This document shows, one piece after another, positions 25,809 to 34,872 of a DNA stretch of 64,000 nucleotides. The stretch is from Nannocystales bacterium. Lineage in GTDB: Bacteria; Myxococcota_A; Polyangia; Nannocystales; Nannocystaceae. The position numbers and the translations under genes were made by a program. The notes under the pieces are model-generated. The model did no database searches. It was not told where the DNA came from and saw only the letters and a list, made by a program, of their open reading frames with translations. The number at the start of each line of letters is the position of its first letter. Within the stretch, counting starts at the first letter, position 1. Where the stretch lies: NCBI GenBank assembly GCA_050633305.1, contig JBOEGF010000002.1:89317-153316 (forward strand), written 5' to 3'.

Positions 25809-28166
25809 GTGCATCGAACCAAGATCAGAAGCGTACTACCGAGGGCAATTGCCGTCTGGTTGGCTGCTGGAGCGTTAGTCGCCTGTGGCGACAGCGGAAC
25901 AGCTGGAGCGGGTGGAGAAGACGGCGAGGAGGACAGCTCCGACGGTGAAACCGAAGGCGGAGGAGACTCCGACACCGACGGCCCCGAGAGCCAATGCATG
26001 TCGAATGAGCGGTTCTTCGAAGGCGAAGTCCAGACCATTCTTCAAGCCAACTGCCAGTCCTGCCACAACGTGGCCGGCGAAGCGCAGAGCACCGAGTTCC
26101 TGCTCGAGACCTCCGCTGTCCCCGACTACCTCGAGCGGAACCTCGCGGTCTTCGAGAAGATGTCGAAGCTGCAGTTCGAGGGCGAGCCTTGGATCCTGCT
26201 CAAGCCCACCGGTGTGATGGAGCACGGCGGCGCCACCCGCTTCCTGCCCGACTCTCCCGAGAGCGAAGCGTTCCGGGACATGATCGCTCGTCTCCAGGAC
26301 CCCGTCGAGTGTCTGGACCAAGAGGACATCGTCGGAGAGTTCTTCGCGGATGTGGACATGCTCGACGAGGTCGCGACCTTGCGAAAGTCCACGCTGCTCC
26401 TCGCCGGACGGGTGCCCACCCCCGAAGAGGTCGAGCGCGTTCGAGACGGCGGTATGGAAGCCCTCGACTCGGTGCTCGGAGACGTGATGAGCGAAGAGGC
26501 GTTCTACGAGCGCGTTCGCGACATCTACAACGACCGGTTCCTCACCCGTCGCTACCACTCCTCCAACCCCGACTCGGCCATCGACCTGCTCTCGCGCGCC
26601 GACTACCCGCGCGCCGACACCTGGGACAACTCAGACGTCGAGAACGCCGAGCGGTGGGCCAACGATGCAATCGCTGAGGAGCCACTGCGCCTCATCGAGC
26701 ACATCCTTCGCAACGACCTCCCCTACACCGAGGTGCTGACCGCCGACTACACGATGGTCAACCCCTTCTCGGCCAAGGTCTACGGCGTCGAGCCCGAGTT
26801 CGAAGACCCCAACGACCCCAACGAGTTCGTCGAGGTCGCGCTTCCTGGTGTGCCGCATGCCGGTATCGCCACGATGACCACGTACCTCAGCCGTTGGACG
26901 ACCACCCGCACCAACCGCAACCGCGCTCGCTCGCGTCGCTTCCAGAAGTTCTTCTTGGCGACCGACGTGCTCGCGCTGGGCACCCGACCCACGGACGCAT
27001 CGGGTTCCTCCTACGACAACCCGACACTCAACGACCAAAACTGCGTGTCGTGTCACAGCGCTGTTGACCCCATCGCGGCGGCCTTCGCCAACTGGGACAA
27101 CATGGGCCGCTATCGCCCACAGGGACACCCCCTGCGCGGCGACAACCAGGACAACCCGGACCTCCTCGATGTCCCGGAGAACGGCTGGTACTCGGACATG
27201 CGTCCCGCCGGCTACAAGCAACAGGCACTGCCCGGCGAATGGGAAGCCGCGGCGCTCCAGTGGCTTGGCTACGAAGCAGCCACCGACGATCTGTTTGCGC
27301 TCGGCCCGGTCCACGTCGTGTACCAAGGCCTGTTCGGACGGGACCCGCTCATCGAGCCCACCGACCCGAACGCCCCCGGATTCCTCGAAGGCGTCCGCGC
27401 TGCCAAAGCTCAGCGCAAAGTCTTCCAGGAGATCGCCGACAAGTTCAGCGACAGCGACTACGACCTCCGCGTCGTGTTCCTCGAGCTGGTCAAGTCGCCG
27501 TACTTCCGGGCTCACAACTTCAGCGGCGAACTCTCCGCTGAACGTGAGGTCGAGTTGGCCGACATCGGCGTCGCTCGCTGGCTGACCCCCGAGGAGCTCA
27601 ACGGCAAGATCGTCTCCGCGACGGACGTGCCCTGGGGCAGCCCCGAGAACCCAAGCCTGCTCAACCGGAACGAGTTCTTGATCCTCTACGGCGGAATCAA
27701 CTCCGACGACGTGGTCGAGCGTGCCTACGACGCCAGCGGAACCTCCGCAAACGTCGCCAAGCGGATGGCCAACGAGGTCGCATGCTCGGCAGTCGCTCGC
27801 GACTTCGCCAAGCCCGACAACGAGCGCCTTCTGTTCCCGCTCACCACCGTGGCTGGCGGACCGAACAACGATGTCCGAGAGAACATCGTCCACCTCCACT
27901 GGCACCTCTTGGGTGAGAACCTCGACCTCGACGACCCCGAGATCGACCGCACCTACAACCTCTTCGTCGACGTCTACGAAGAAGGACAGCGAGGACTCAA
28001 CGCCGAAGAATACGGCATCGGCCTCGGCAACTGCGGTGCAACGACCGACCCCTGGACCGGGGAAGAACTCGACGTGCCTCTCGTAGAGGACGAAGACTTC
28101 ACGATCCGAGCCTGGATCGCGGTCACGTCATACATGCTCACCGACTGGAATTTCTTGCACGAATAG
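25809..28166 (+). CDS. Di-haem lipoprotein with DUF1588-like and C-terminal DUF1553-like domains (module 1)
   Basis: GTG after SD GGGGAGG; GALVAC lipobox; CQSCH (26052) and CVSCH (27042); PHAGIATMTTYLSRW..TRTNRNRAR...CVSCHSAVDPIAAAF resembles DUF1588; ends WIAVTSYMLTDWNFLHE. Confidence 0.8.
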   Translation: MHRTKIRSVLPRAIAVWLAAGALVACGDSGTAGAGGEDGEEDSSDGETEGGGDSDTDGPESQCMSNERFFEGEVQTILQANCQSCHNVAGEAQSTEFLLETSAVPDYLERNLAVFEKMSKLQFEGEPWILLKPTGVMEHGGATRFLPDSPESEAFRDMIARLQDPVECLDQEDIVGEFFADVDMLDEVATLRKSTLLLAGRVPTPEEVERVRDGGMEALDSVLGDVMSEEAFYERVRDIYNDRFLTRRYHSSNPDSAIDLLSRADYPRADTWDNSDVENAERWANDAIAEEPLRLIEHILRNDLPYTEVLTADYTMVNPFSAKVYGVEPEFEDPNDPNEFVEVALPGVPHAGIATMTTYLSRWTTTRTNRNRARSRRFQKFFLATDVLALGTRPTDASGSSYDNPTLNDQNCVSCHSAVDPIAAAFANWDNMGRYRPQGHPLRGDNQDNPDLLDVPENGWYSDMRPAGYKQQALPGEWEAAALQWLGYEAATDDLFALGPVHVVYQGLFGRDPLIEPTDPNAPGFLEGVRAAKAQRKVFQEIADKFSDSDYDLRVVFLELVKSPYFRAHNFSGELSAEREVELADIGVARWLTPEELNGKIVSATDVPWGSPENPSLLNRNEFLILYGGINSDDVVERAYDASGTSANVAKRMANEVACSAVARDFAKPDNERLLFPLTTVAGGPNNDVRENIVHLHWHLLGENLDLDDPEIDRTYNLFVDVYEEGQRGLNAEEYGIGLGNCGATTDPWTGEELDVPLVEDEDFTIRAWIAVTSYMLTDWNFLHE

Positions 28167-28179
28167 GGGGGATCAAATC

Positions 28180-29478
28180 ATGGATCGTCGTTCTTTCATC
28201 AAACTCGCGTCTCTGACTGGCCTCTCCGTCGTTGCTCCCACCGCATTTGCGGGGGACATCGGCTCCAGCCAGCGACCCTCTCTCGAACCCTACACCGGCC
28301 CGCTGCTGCTCAGCTTTCAGGCCTCCGGAGGCTGGGAGACCCGCTTCCACTGCAACCCGAAGATCATGCTGTCGCCGAACGAGGGCAACCCTCGTTCGCA
28401 CGTCACCGGCACTGAGAAGATCGGCGAGATCGAGTTCGCCGCAGAATGGCCCGACGAGTACTTCGGCGGGCGTGGAACCGAGATCACCGAGTTCTACCGC
28501 AAGCATGCCCAGCGCATGACGGTCATCAACGGCATCGACCAGATGACCAACGGGCACGACGAAGGTCGGACCCACACCGCCACGGGTACGCTCAACATGG
28601 GGCACCCCACACTGGGCGCACTCATGGCGGGCACCTACGACCCGTCGTTGCCGATGGCCTATCTGGCCTTCGGTGGCGTGACCGAGACCGCCGGCGTCGT
28701 CGCTCGAACGCGAGCCAACAACATCGACGTCCTCGCCCGGGTTGCGTACCCGGAGCTGGCCGACCCGAACAACCCCGACTCGACGTACCAGCCACAACCT
28801 GTGCTGGACATGATCAGCGCGGCCCAGCAGGAGCGCGACGTCGCCGTCCTCGAGCAGCAGGGCTTGCCCCGCTTCCGAACCTCGGTCAACCGACTGCACT
28901 CCGCACGTTCGGGCTCTGACGAGCTGCGCAAGCTGCAGGACTACCTCCCCGAGAACGTCGAGGGCGGCATCCTCGGCCAGATTCAGGTCGCCTTGGCCGC
29001 CTATCAGGCAGGCCTGTGTGTCTCGGCCGAGCTGAGCATGGGTGGCTTCGACACTCACGGCAACTCCGACACCGCTGCCGTCACCCGTCTGACTCAGCTC
29101 TACGCGGCACTCGACTTCGCGTACGAGACCGCAACCGAGTTGGGCATCATGGACAAGGTCATCATGACGGCCGGGTCCGACTTCTCCCGTACGCTCGGGT
29201 ACAACGGCGGCATGGGTGCTGACCACTGGCCCGTGGGAAGTGTCATCGCCATGGGCGCGGGTGTCCCGGAGAACCGGTCGGTCGGTGCTTCCGACGACAA
29301 CGACCGCGCACTCGGGATCAACCCGGACCTGACGGTCAACACCACCAACACGATCCGCAAAGTGACTCCCGCCGACGTGCACCACACACTCCGCAAGGCT
29401 GTGGGTGTCGGCAGCGGCGAGATCGCGAGCATGTTCCCTCTGTCCGCCAGCGACGAACCGCTGGACTTGTTCGCATAG
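28180..29478 (+). CDS. DUF1501 family protein, Tat-exported (module 1)
   Basis: MDRRSFIK Tat motif; SGGWE, GGFDTHG, SDFSRT, GADHWP hallmark motifs. Confidence 0.9.
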   Translation: MDRRSFIKLASLTGLSVVAPTAFAGDIGSSQRPSLEPYTGPLLLSFQASGGWETRFHCNPKIMLSPNEGNPRSHVTGTEKIGEIEFAAEWPDEYFGGRGTEITEFYRKHAQRMTVINGIDQMTNGHDEGRTHTATGTLNMGHPTLGALMAGTYDPSLPMAYLAFGGVTETAGVVARTRANNIDVLARVAYPELADPNNPDSTYQPQPVLDMISAAQQERDVAVLEQQGLPRFRTSVNRLHSARSGSDELRKLQDYLPENVEGGILGQIQVALAAYQAGLCVSAELSMGGFDTHGNSDTAAVTRLTQLYAALDFAYETATELGIMDKVIMTAGSDFSRTLGYNGGMGADHWPVGSVIAMGAGVPENRSVGASDDNDRALGINPDLTVNTTNTIRKVTPADVHHTLRKAVGVGSGEIASMFPLSASDEPLDLFA

Positions 29479-29497
29479 GTCGAGACGCGCGACCATC

Positions 29498-29527
29498 GGG
29501 GCCCGGGACGCCGGGCCCCTCTTTTTC
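29498..29527 (+). terminator. Intrinsic terminator after the DUF1501 gene
   Basis: GGGGCCCGG-gacg-CCGGGCCCC followed by TCTTTTT. Confidence 0.75.
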
Positions 29528-29546
29528 AATTCAAGAGGACACAGGG

Positions 29547-31019
29547 ATGAAGTTGAACACCAATGCGAAGTTGATTCTGGGCGGCGTCCTGCTGGCGGCC
29601 GGCGGCTGCTACTCCGGCGCTCCTGGTGGCGCAGACACCGATGAGGCGTCCTCCGACACCGACGGTGAAGTGGGTGGCGAAGGCGGAGAAGGCGGGGACA
29701 CCGAGGGTGGAGAGGGCGGCTCCGGCGAGTCCGGAGGCGACGACGACACCAACGGCAGCGGGCCAGGAGATCCTCCGGATCCCCCCGACGGTTGCCTCGC
29801 TGGTTCGGTGGGTTGCGAGTGCCTCAACAACGAGTGCGCTGGTCTCAGCACGTGCATCGATGACGTCTGCACCCCTGCGCCTCCCGTTCCCGACGTCGAG
29901 GGCCCCAACGCAGCGATCGCGGGCGTGGCGGTGACACTCGACGGCGACATCAACGTTCCCAACGAACTCGACGGAATCAACGTCTTCGAGTCGTTGCTGT
30001 GGGCACAGATTTCTGGTCCCGAAGCGATTCTCGAGTACGAGTTCAGCAACGAAGCCATCGCATGGCTTCCCCCCAACGCGTCCGACGACGAAGAGCTCAC
30101 GTTCCGATTGACCGCCAGCCTCGGCGGCGTGGACGAATCGGGCGAGTACACGCTTCGAGTCCTGCCAGCCACCGCAGTGGAGATCTACGACAAGATCCCC
30201 GAGGTCGCGGAATTCGGCGCAACCTTGATCGGCCGAGGTCTGGGGGACAGCTGGTTCTCGACCGCACTGGGCGTCGTCTCGCGGCTCGAGGATGAGGGCC
30301 TCATGTTCCAAGAGGACATGGGAAGCCGTGTCACGAAGATCTCCGGATACGGAGACAACCGCGTGTTGTTCCTGCAACCGGATCTGGGGCGCGTGATGTT
30401 GTTCAACGGCAACAACAACACGTACTCGGAGTTCCTCACCGAACTCACCTCAGGCGATCCGCTGGGCCCGGTCAGCTCGATGGCGACCGACCCCGACGGC
30501 AACATCTACTTTGGCTGTGATGACGGCCGAGTGGTGCTCTACGACGACCCGGACGAAGCCGAGCCAGCCGTCACGCTGGACCGCTTTGTCCTCGAGCAGG
30601 TGCCCACCGCCATGGCGATCGGCCAGCACCCCGTCTCCCCCGATGTGGAAGACAACGACGAGGGCATCGTCCTGTACTACGGCACCGCGTCGGGCGACGT
30701 TTGGCAGATTGGCCTGACGGCGGCCGAGGTCCTCGATGGTCCCGAGGTCGACGTTCCTGCGCAGTACGTCAGCCTGCCGGGCACCGGAGCAGTGACCGGG
30801 ATTCGTGTCGATGCCTACCGCAACATGTGGGTCGGCAAGGGCGACACGCTCTACCTGATCCGTCGCCCGTTCGAGGGCAACCCGTCCGTCATCCGCGAGA
30901 TCTCGACGCCCGCGGGCCTCGGAGGTCTGGCGGGACTGCACTCGCCTGACAGCGACCTCTTGCGGTGGATCGACCCGACCAGCGGCCGGGTCACGAGTCT
31001 GCAAACCTACGAGGAGTAG
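29547..31019 (+). CDS. Lipoprotein with Cys module, PKD/Ig-like domain and beta-propeller-like C-terminus
   Basis: LAAGGC lipobox; CLAGSVGCEC...C...C; WAQISGP...LTFRLTA (PKD-like); MATDPDGNIYF and VDAYRNMWVG propeller blades. Confidence 0.75.
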   Translation: MKLNTNAKLILGGVLLAAGGCYSGAPGGADTDEASSDTDGEVGGEGGEGGDTEGGEGGSGESGGDDDTNGSGPGDPPDPPDGCLAGSVGCECLNNECAGLSTCIDDVCTPAPPVPDVEGPNAAIAGVAVTLDGDINVPNELDGINVFESLLWAQISGPEAILEYEFSNEAIAWLPPNASDDEELTFRLTASLGGVDESGEYTLRVLPATAVEIYDKIPEVAEFGATLIGRGLGDSWFSTALGVVSRLEDEGLMFQEDMGSRVTKISGYGDNRVLFLQPDLGRVMLFNGNNNTYSEFLTELTSGDPLGPVSSMATDPDGNIYFGCDDGRVVLYDDPDEAEPAVTLDRFVLEQVPTAMAIGQHPVSPDVEDNDEGIVLYYGTASGDVWQIGLTAAEVLDGPEVDVPAQYVSLPGTGAVTGIRVDAYRNMWVGKGDTLYLIRRPFEGNPSVIREISTPAGLGGLAGLHSPDSDLLRWIDPTSGRVTSLQTYEE

Positions 31020-32677
31020 TCTCGAAGCGCACCAGGCACCAGCTCGTGGCTGGTGCACACCTCGGCCATCAGGTCGAGCATCAGACCGGCCTCCTCCTCG
31101 CTGAGGACGCCGGTCTTGATGTAGTTGTCCGGGAACCAGGTGGATGCGTAGAAGTAGTGCCTTCGGTTCGCCATCCGGCTGAAGCCCAGGTACTGCGCCT
31201 CGTAGGCATAACGCGCGAGCTTGCCTAGGAAGCTGAACGGCTCCTGCGCGAGGGTACGAACGTTGACGCGAACGTAGGCCTCCATCTCGACGGCGGGTAG
31301 CACCGCCTGGGCGAAGACGTTGGACTCGTAGTCGCCGATTCGCTGCATCTGCATGGCGACCATCGCCGCACCGATCGACTGCGCACGCGGTCGCTGAACG
31401 AACTGCTCTTCGGCCTGCACGCGCAGGCGCTCTGGGGCGCGCGCGATGATCGTGTCGAACAGCGCCGCAATCTCCTCGAGTGCAGCATCGTGGCGCGGCT
31501 GTTTTTCGGGAGAGACCCGTACGAGATCTGCTTCCGCGGCGAGATGTCCCCACTCGTGGCCAATCCGGGCGCCAAGCAGCCAACGGTGGAAGGGAGGACT
31601 TCCCTCTCGCTCGGTGTCGACGCCCGGCTGACGCAGGCTGTAGACCATCATCCGGCGCTGTTCGTGCAGATACGCGCCGTCCTTCTGCTCGACCTCCTCG
31701 GCGTGAAACGGAAGCGCCTCCGGGTCGACGATGCGTTCGAGGATCTGCTGAGTTCGCAGCGCCACCAGCTCGAGATCCCGGCACACGCCGATCGCCGCGC
31801 GGTCGCACATCCCCTCGAACGCGCCGTCCAGCGCTCCGAGTTCCTCGGGCGCCTCAGGGTCCCAAATGATGCTTCCCTCTCGGTCGGCCAGCAGCAGTCG
31901 AGGCTGGTGTTCAACCAGGTGCTGACCGACACGCGCGGCCGGCCCCTGCTCACCAACCGACGCACCTTGGGCGGTGTAGTAGCGCTCCAGCGCCCCCTTC
32001 CCCACCTGTTCAAACACCTCGACGAGTTCGCCGATCTTCAGCGTCTGCTCGTCGCTGACCAACAGGCCAGTTCCCGGGATGCTCGTGAGCCCGTCGGAAT
32101 GCAGCAGCGCGGGCTTGAGGGTCTCGTGTAACAGTCCGCCGACCCAGCTCATCGCCTCTCCGAGCGCGGCGAAAGCCTCGGAGTCGGGCCGGGTCGACCG
32201 CACTGCAGCATCCGCGAACCGTTCACGCTCGAGCTCCGAACGCTGGATGAAGTAGCCTAGGTTTCCCAGCAGCGTCCTCGCAACGTTCCGCGTGATCCCC
32301 AAACGTTCCGCGTGGACCAGCTGGTAGGTCGCCATCTCGAGGTTCGAGACCTTGGGGTCAAAGTCGCTCTCCTGCAGCAGCAACGACGCCCCTACGAACG
32401 GCTGATAGTACAAGCGCGCTCGCTCCGGATCGGTGACCACGCACAAGTTCAGCAGCCGGGGTGGGAACCACTGTGCCCGCCCCGCGACGAACAACGAGCC
32501 GACCCGGTCGAAGTAGGCCGAGACCGCTTCGCCAAGCAATTCGAAGAACCCCTCCGGGATTTCGCGCTCCCCTTGCGCGACACGAACGAACTCGGGATCG
32601 ACCCCGGACAGACTGAGATGCTCGACGGGCACGACGAACATCCCGGGGTGGTCAAAGTAGAAGGATCGGAGCTCCAT
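31007..32677 (-). CDS. Hypothetical cytoplasmic protein with HExxH motif (putative zinc metalloprotein)
   Basis: 556 aa, no signal peptide; RIGHEWGH and downstream DYESNVFA. Confidence 0.7.
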   Translation of the reverse strand: MELRSFYFDHPGMFVVPVEHLSLSGVDPEFVRVAQGEREIPEGFFELLGEAVSAYFDRVGSLFVAGRAQWFPPRLLNLCVVTDPERARLYYQPFVGASLLLQESDFDPKVSNLEMATYQLVHAERLGITRNVARTLLGNLGYFIQRSELERERFADAAVRSTRPDSEAFAALGEAMSWVGGLLHETLKPALLHSDGLTSIPGTGLLVSDEQTLKIGELVEVFEQVGKGALERYYTAQGASVGEQGPAARVGQHLVEHQPRLLLADREGSIIWDPEAPEELGALDGAFEGMCDRAAIGVCRDLELVALRTQQILERIVDPEALPFHAEEVEQKDGAYLHEQRRMMVYSLRQPGVDTEREGSPPFHRWLLGARIGHEWGHLAAEADLVRVSPEKQPRHDAALEEIAALFDTIIARAPERLRVQAEEQFVQRPRAQSIGAAMVAMQMQRIGDYESNVFAQAVLPAVEMEAYVRVNVRTLAQEPFSFLGKLARYAYEAQYLGFSRMANRRHYFYASTWFPDNYIKTGVLSEEEAGLMLDLMAEVCTSHELVPGALRDYSS

Positions 32678-32771
32678 CCTGGCGCGAGCATACCCTCCAG
32701 GGCACCCCGGTTTTCGACCTTGTGACGCCAGACTTGTTCGCCGCCCCCCAACCGGGGCCGCAAGACCCCGC

Positions 32772-34253
32772 CTACTGCAGCAGCCCCGACATGTCCCGCC
32801 GCCCGTCGAACTCCACGTCCATCGCCTGCGCGATCAAGCTGTAGACCTCGGGTTCCCGCGCCACGGAGTCCAACTTCTCCTCCCCGGTCTTTGGGTCGAA
32901 GCCATGGGTCAACAACGACGACGGATCCACCCCCCCGAACACTCGGTTTCCCTTCATCAGCGGAGAGAGCAGGAGCGAGCCGTTGTTCAGGTTGTGACCG
33001 GTCCCGTAGTACTCCTCGCCTGTCGGGCGCACCTTGTCCCGACCAAAGTCGGTCGCAACGTAGATGACGCTTCGATCCCACATCGAGCCCAAGCTTGGGT
33101 CGCCCAAGTAGTCGAATGACTGCAACAGCCGGACGAGTCCGTCCACGGTCCGGAGCACGCGTCCCCACATCACGTTCTGCGTCGAGCGGTGGTCGGTATG
33201 CGAGAAGTCGAACGCCAGCGGGGCACCCACGATGTCGTCGCCATCGAACGAGGGGTTGAAGCTGAGAGACATCGTACTGGCGCAGGACAGCCCGTAGTAA
33301 GCCAGCAAGAACGACAACGCCCCCTGTTGCTGCCAGGTGTCGGAGTCCAACTGCGGGTACACATTGCGAACCGCGTCGCTCAACGGGGACGCCTCGATCC
33401 CCAACGAGGGGTCGAGTTCGCTGGGGTTGAGCAGCATGAGGTTGCGAATCGCATCGGACTGCTCCAGCCGCAACGACACATCCTCGCGGTTGGAGAGGTA
33501 GTTCGCTCGGGCCGCGTTGTTTCGATACGTCTGCCCAAAGGGTGATGCATCGTCGAGACCCAAGCGAACCCCACGGGCTCGGGCGAGTGCTTCGGTGCTC
33601 AAGCCGCCCGCGACCCCACGACTTCCGTGGGTGCTCAACGCGTAGAGGCTGGGGGCGGCGATGACTTCCCCCCGGGCGTAGGCCGGCAGGGAGAGGTCTT
33701 CCCCCGGTTCGACGAATCCTCCTTGGGCCATGTTGCAGTTCGCCAGAGGCAGGTCGGCGCCGTGACGCTCGGCGACAGCCTCGGAGATGGTGCGGCCGCG
33801 GTTGACCCCAGCCCCAGTCACCGAACGCTTTTGCGCGACGAGGTGGTTCACGGAGGTGACCTCGTGGGCGACCACCGTCATGTGCTCGTAGTGCGACTCG
33901 AGGAAGGACTGCATGCCGTACCCCGGGGTGAGGAAGTTGGTTTCCTCGAGGGGGCGCACGCACCGAATCCGGCTCCCATCGGGGCGGAACAACTGACCCG
34001 GCGCGTAAACATTGAGGCTCTCGGGATCGGCGCTGGCAGGCACCTCGTCGCGGCTGACCGGCAGGAAGCTGTCGACCAGGCTTGCCCCACCAGAGGCCCC
34101 CACCACGAACAGCAGGCGGCGGTCTTGGGGAGAGGACGACACCGGCTCTTCGGCGGCGACGCCGGAACGAGCCCAGAGACCCGCGCTGGCTGCCGTGGCT
34201 GCAGCTCCGGCAAGAAACCCACGACGAGAGAATCGAGATTGAGAGGCGGACAT
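32772..34253 (-). CDS. Divergent DUF1501-family protein, Tat-exported (module 2)
   Basis: FSRRGFL Tat motif; LFVVGASGG, FDFSH, IYVATDFGR, GTGH, GNRVFGG. Confidence 0.8.
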   Translation of the reverse strand: MSASQSRFSRRGFLAGAAATAASAGLWARSGVAAEEPVSSSPQDRRLLFVVGASGGASLVDSFLPVSRDEVPASADPESLNVYAPGQLFRPDGSRIRCVRPLEETNFLTPGYGMQSFLESHYEHMTVVAHEVTSVNHLVAQKRSVTGAGVNRGRTISEAVAERHGADLPLANCNMAQGGFVEPGEDLSLPAYARGEVIAAPSLYALSTHGSRGVAGGLSTEALARARGVRLGLDDASPFGQTYRNNAARANYLSNREDVSLRLEQSDAIRNLMLLNPSELDPSLGIEASPLSDAVRNVYPQLDSDTWQQQGALSFLLAYYGLSCASTMSLSFNPSFDGDDIVGAPLAFDFSHTDHRSTQNVMWGRVLRTVDGLVRLLQSFDYLGDPSLGSMWDRSVIYVATDFGRDKVRPTGEEYYGTGHNLNNGSLLLSPLMKGNRVFGGVDPSSLLTHGFDPKTGEEKLDSVAREPEVYSLIAQAMDVEFDGRRDMSGLLQ

Positions 34254-34261
34254 GATGGCTC

Positions 34262-34870
34262 CTACAGAAAGATGAACTCGGTGGTGGTGCCGATGGCGAA
34301 ACACGCCTGCACGGCGAAGGTGGCTGCTGACACGGTCTTGCCGTCGGCGTCGACGCGAAGCTCGGCCAACAGATCTTGCTCCGCTGGCAGTGGGTCGCGA
34401 GTCAGCAGTCTTCGGTAGAGCGTTTCGACCGTCTTGACGTACGCCTCGCTGTCTCGAGCGGGAGCTTCCCCATCGAGGTCCAGCGCAGCAAACACCTGGG
34501 GGTCCGCCGCATCCCGGCGTACTCGCTCGGCGCATGCAGCCTGCACCACCCGGTCGAGGGCCAACGGGGAGGTCACCAAAGGCGTCGCAAGCGGCTCGTA
34601 CAACCCCTGCTCGAACGGGTCATGTCCGCCCAGGCTCGCGCGATGAACCTCCGAGATACACGGGCGAGACCCAAGCTCGAGACACAACTCCTCCGGGGCG
34701 AGCTCGAGGGCCCGCGTAAGGTCTTGCTCGATCGCGTGGTCTCGCTTCCACAACAGAGTCGTTCGTGGGGATGCGGTGACCGCCGGCTCGACGGGGTCGT
34801 CGTCTTCGCGACACGCCGGGAGAAGAACAGCAGCCATGACAGCCGCGATGGATAGACGGAAGCGAGGCAT
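34262..34870 (-). CDS. Lipoprotein resembling the C-terminal domain of the module 1 di-haem protein
   Basis: VLLPAC lipobox; LYRRLLTRDP..AE and terminal CFAIGTTTEFIFL. Confidence 0.8.
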   Translation of the reverse strand: MPRFRLSIAAVMAAVLLPACREDDDPVEPAVTASPRTTLLWKRDHAIEQDLTRALELAPEELCLELGSRPCISEVHRASLGGHDPFEQGLYEPLATPLVTSPLALDRVVQAACAERVRRDAADPQVFAALDLDGEAPARDSEAYVKTVETLYRRLLTRDPLPAEQDLLAELRVDADGKTVSAATFAVQACFAIGTTTEFIFL

Positions 34871-34872
34871 GA

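Noticed and set aside
28138..29529. 463-aa minus-strand ORF
   Set aside because: Antisense shadow of the DUF1501 gene.
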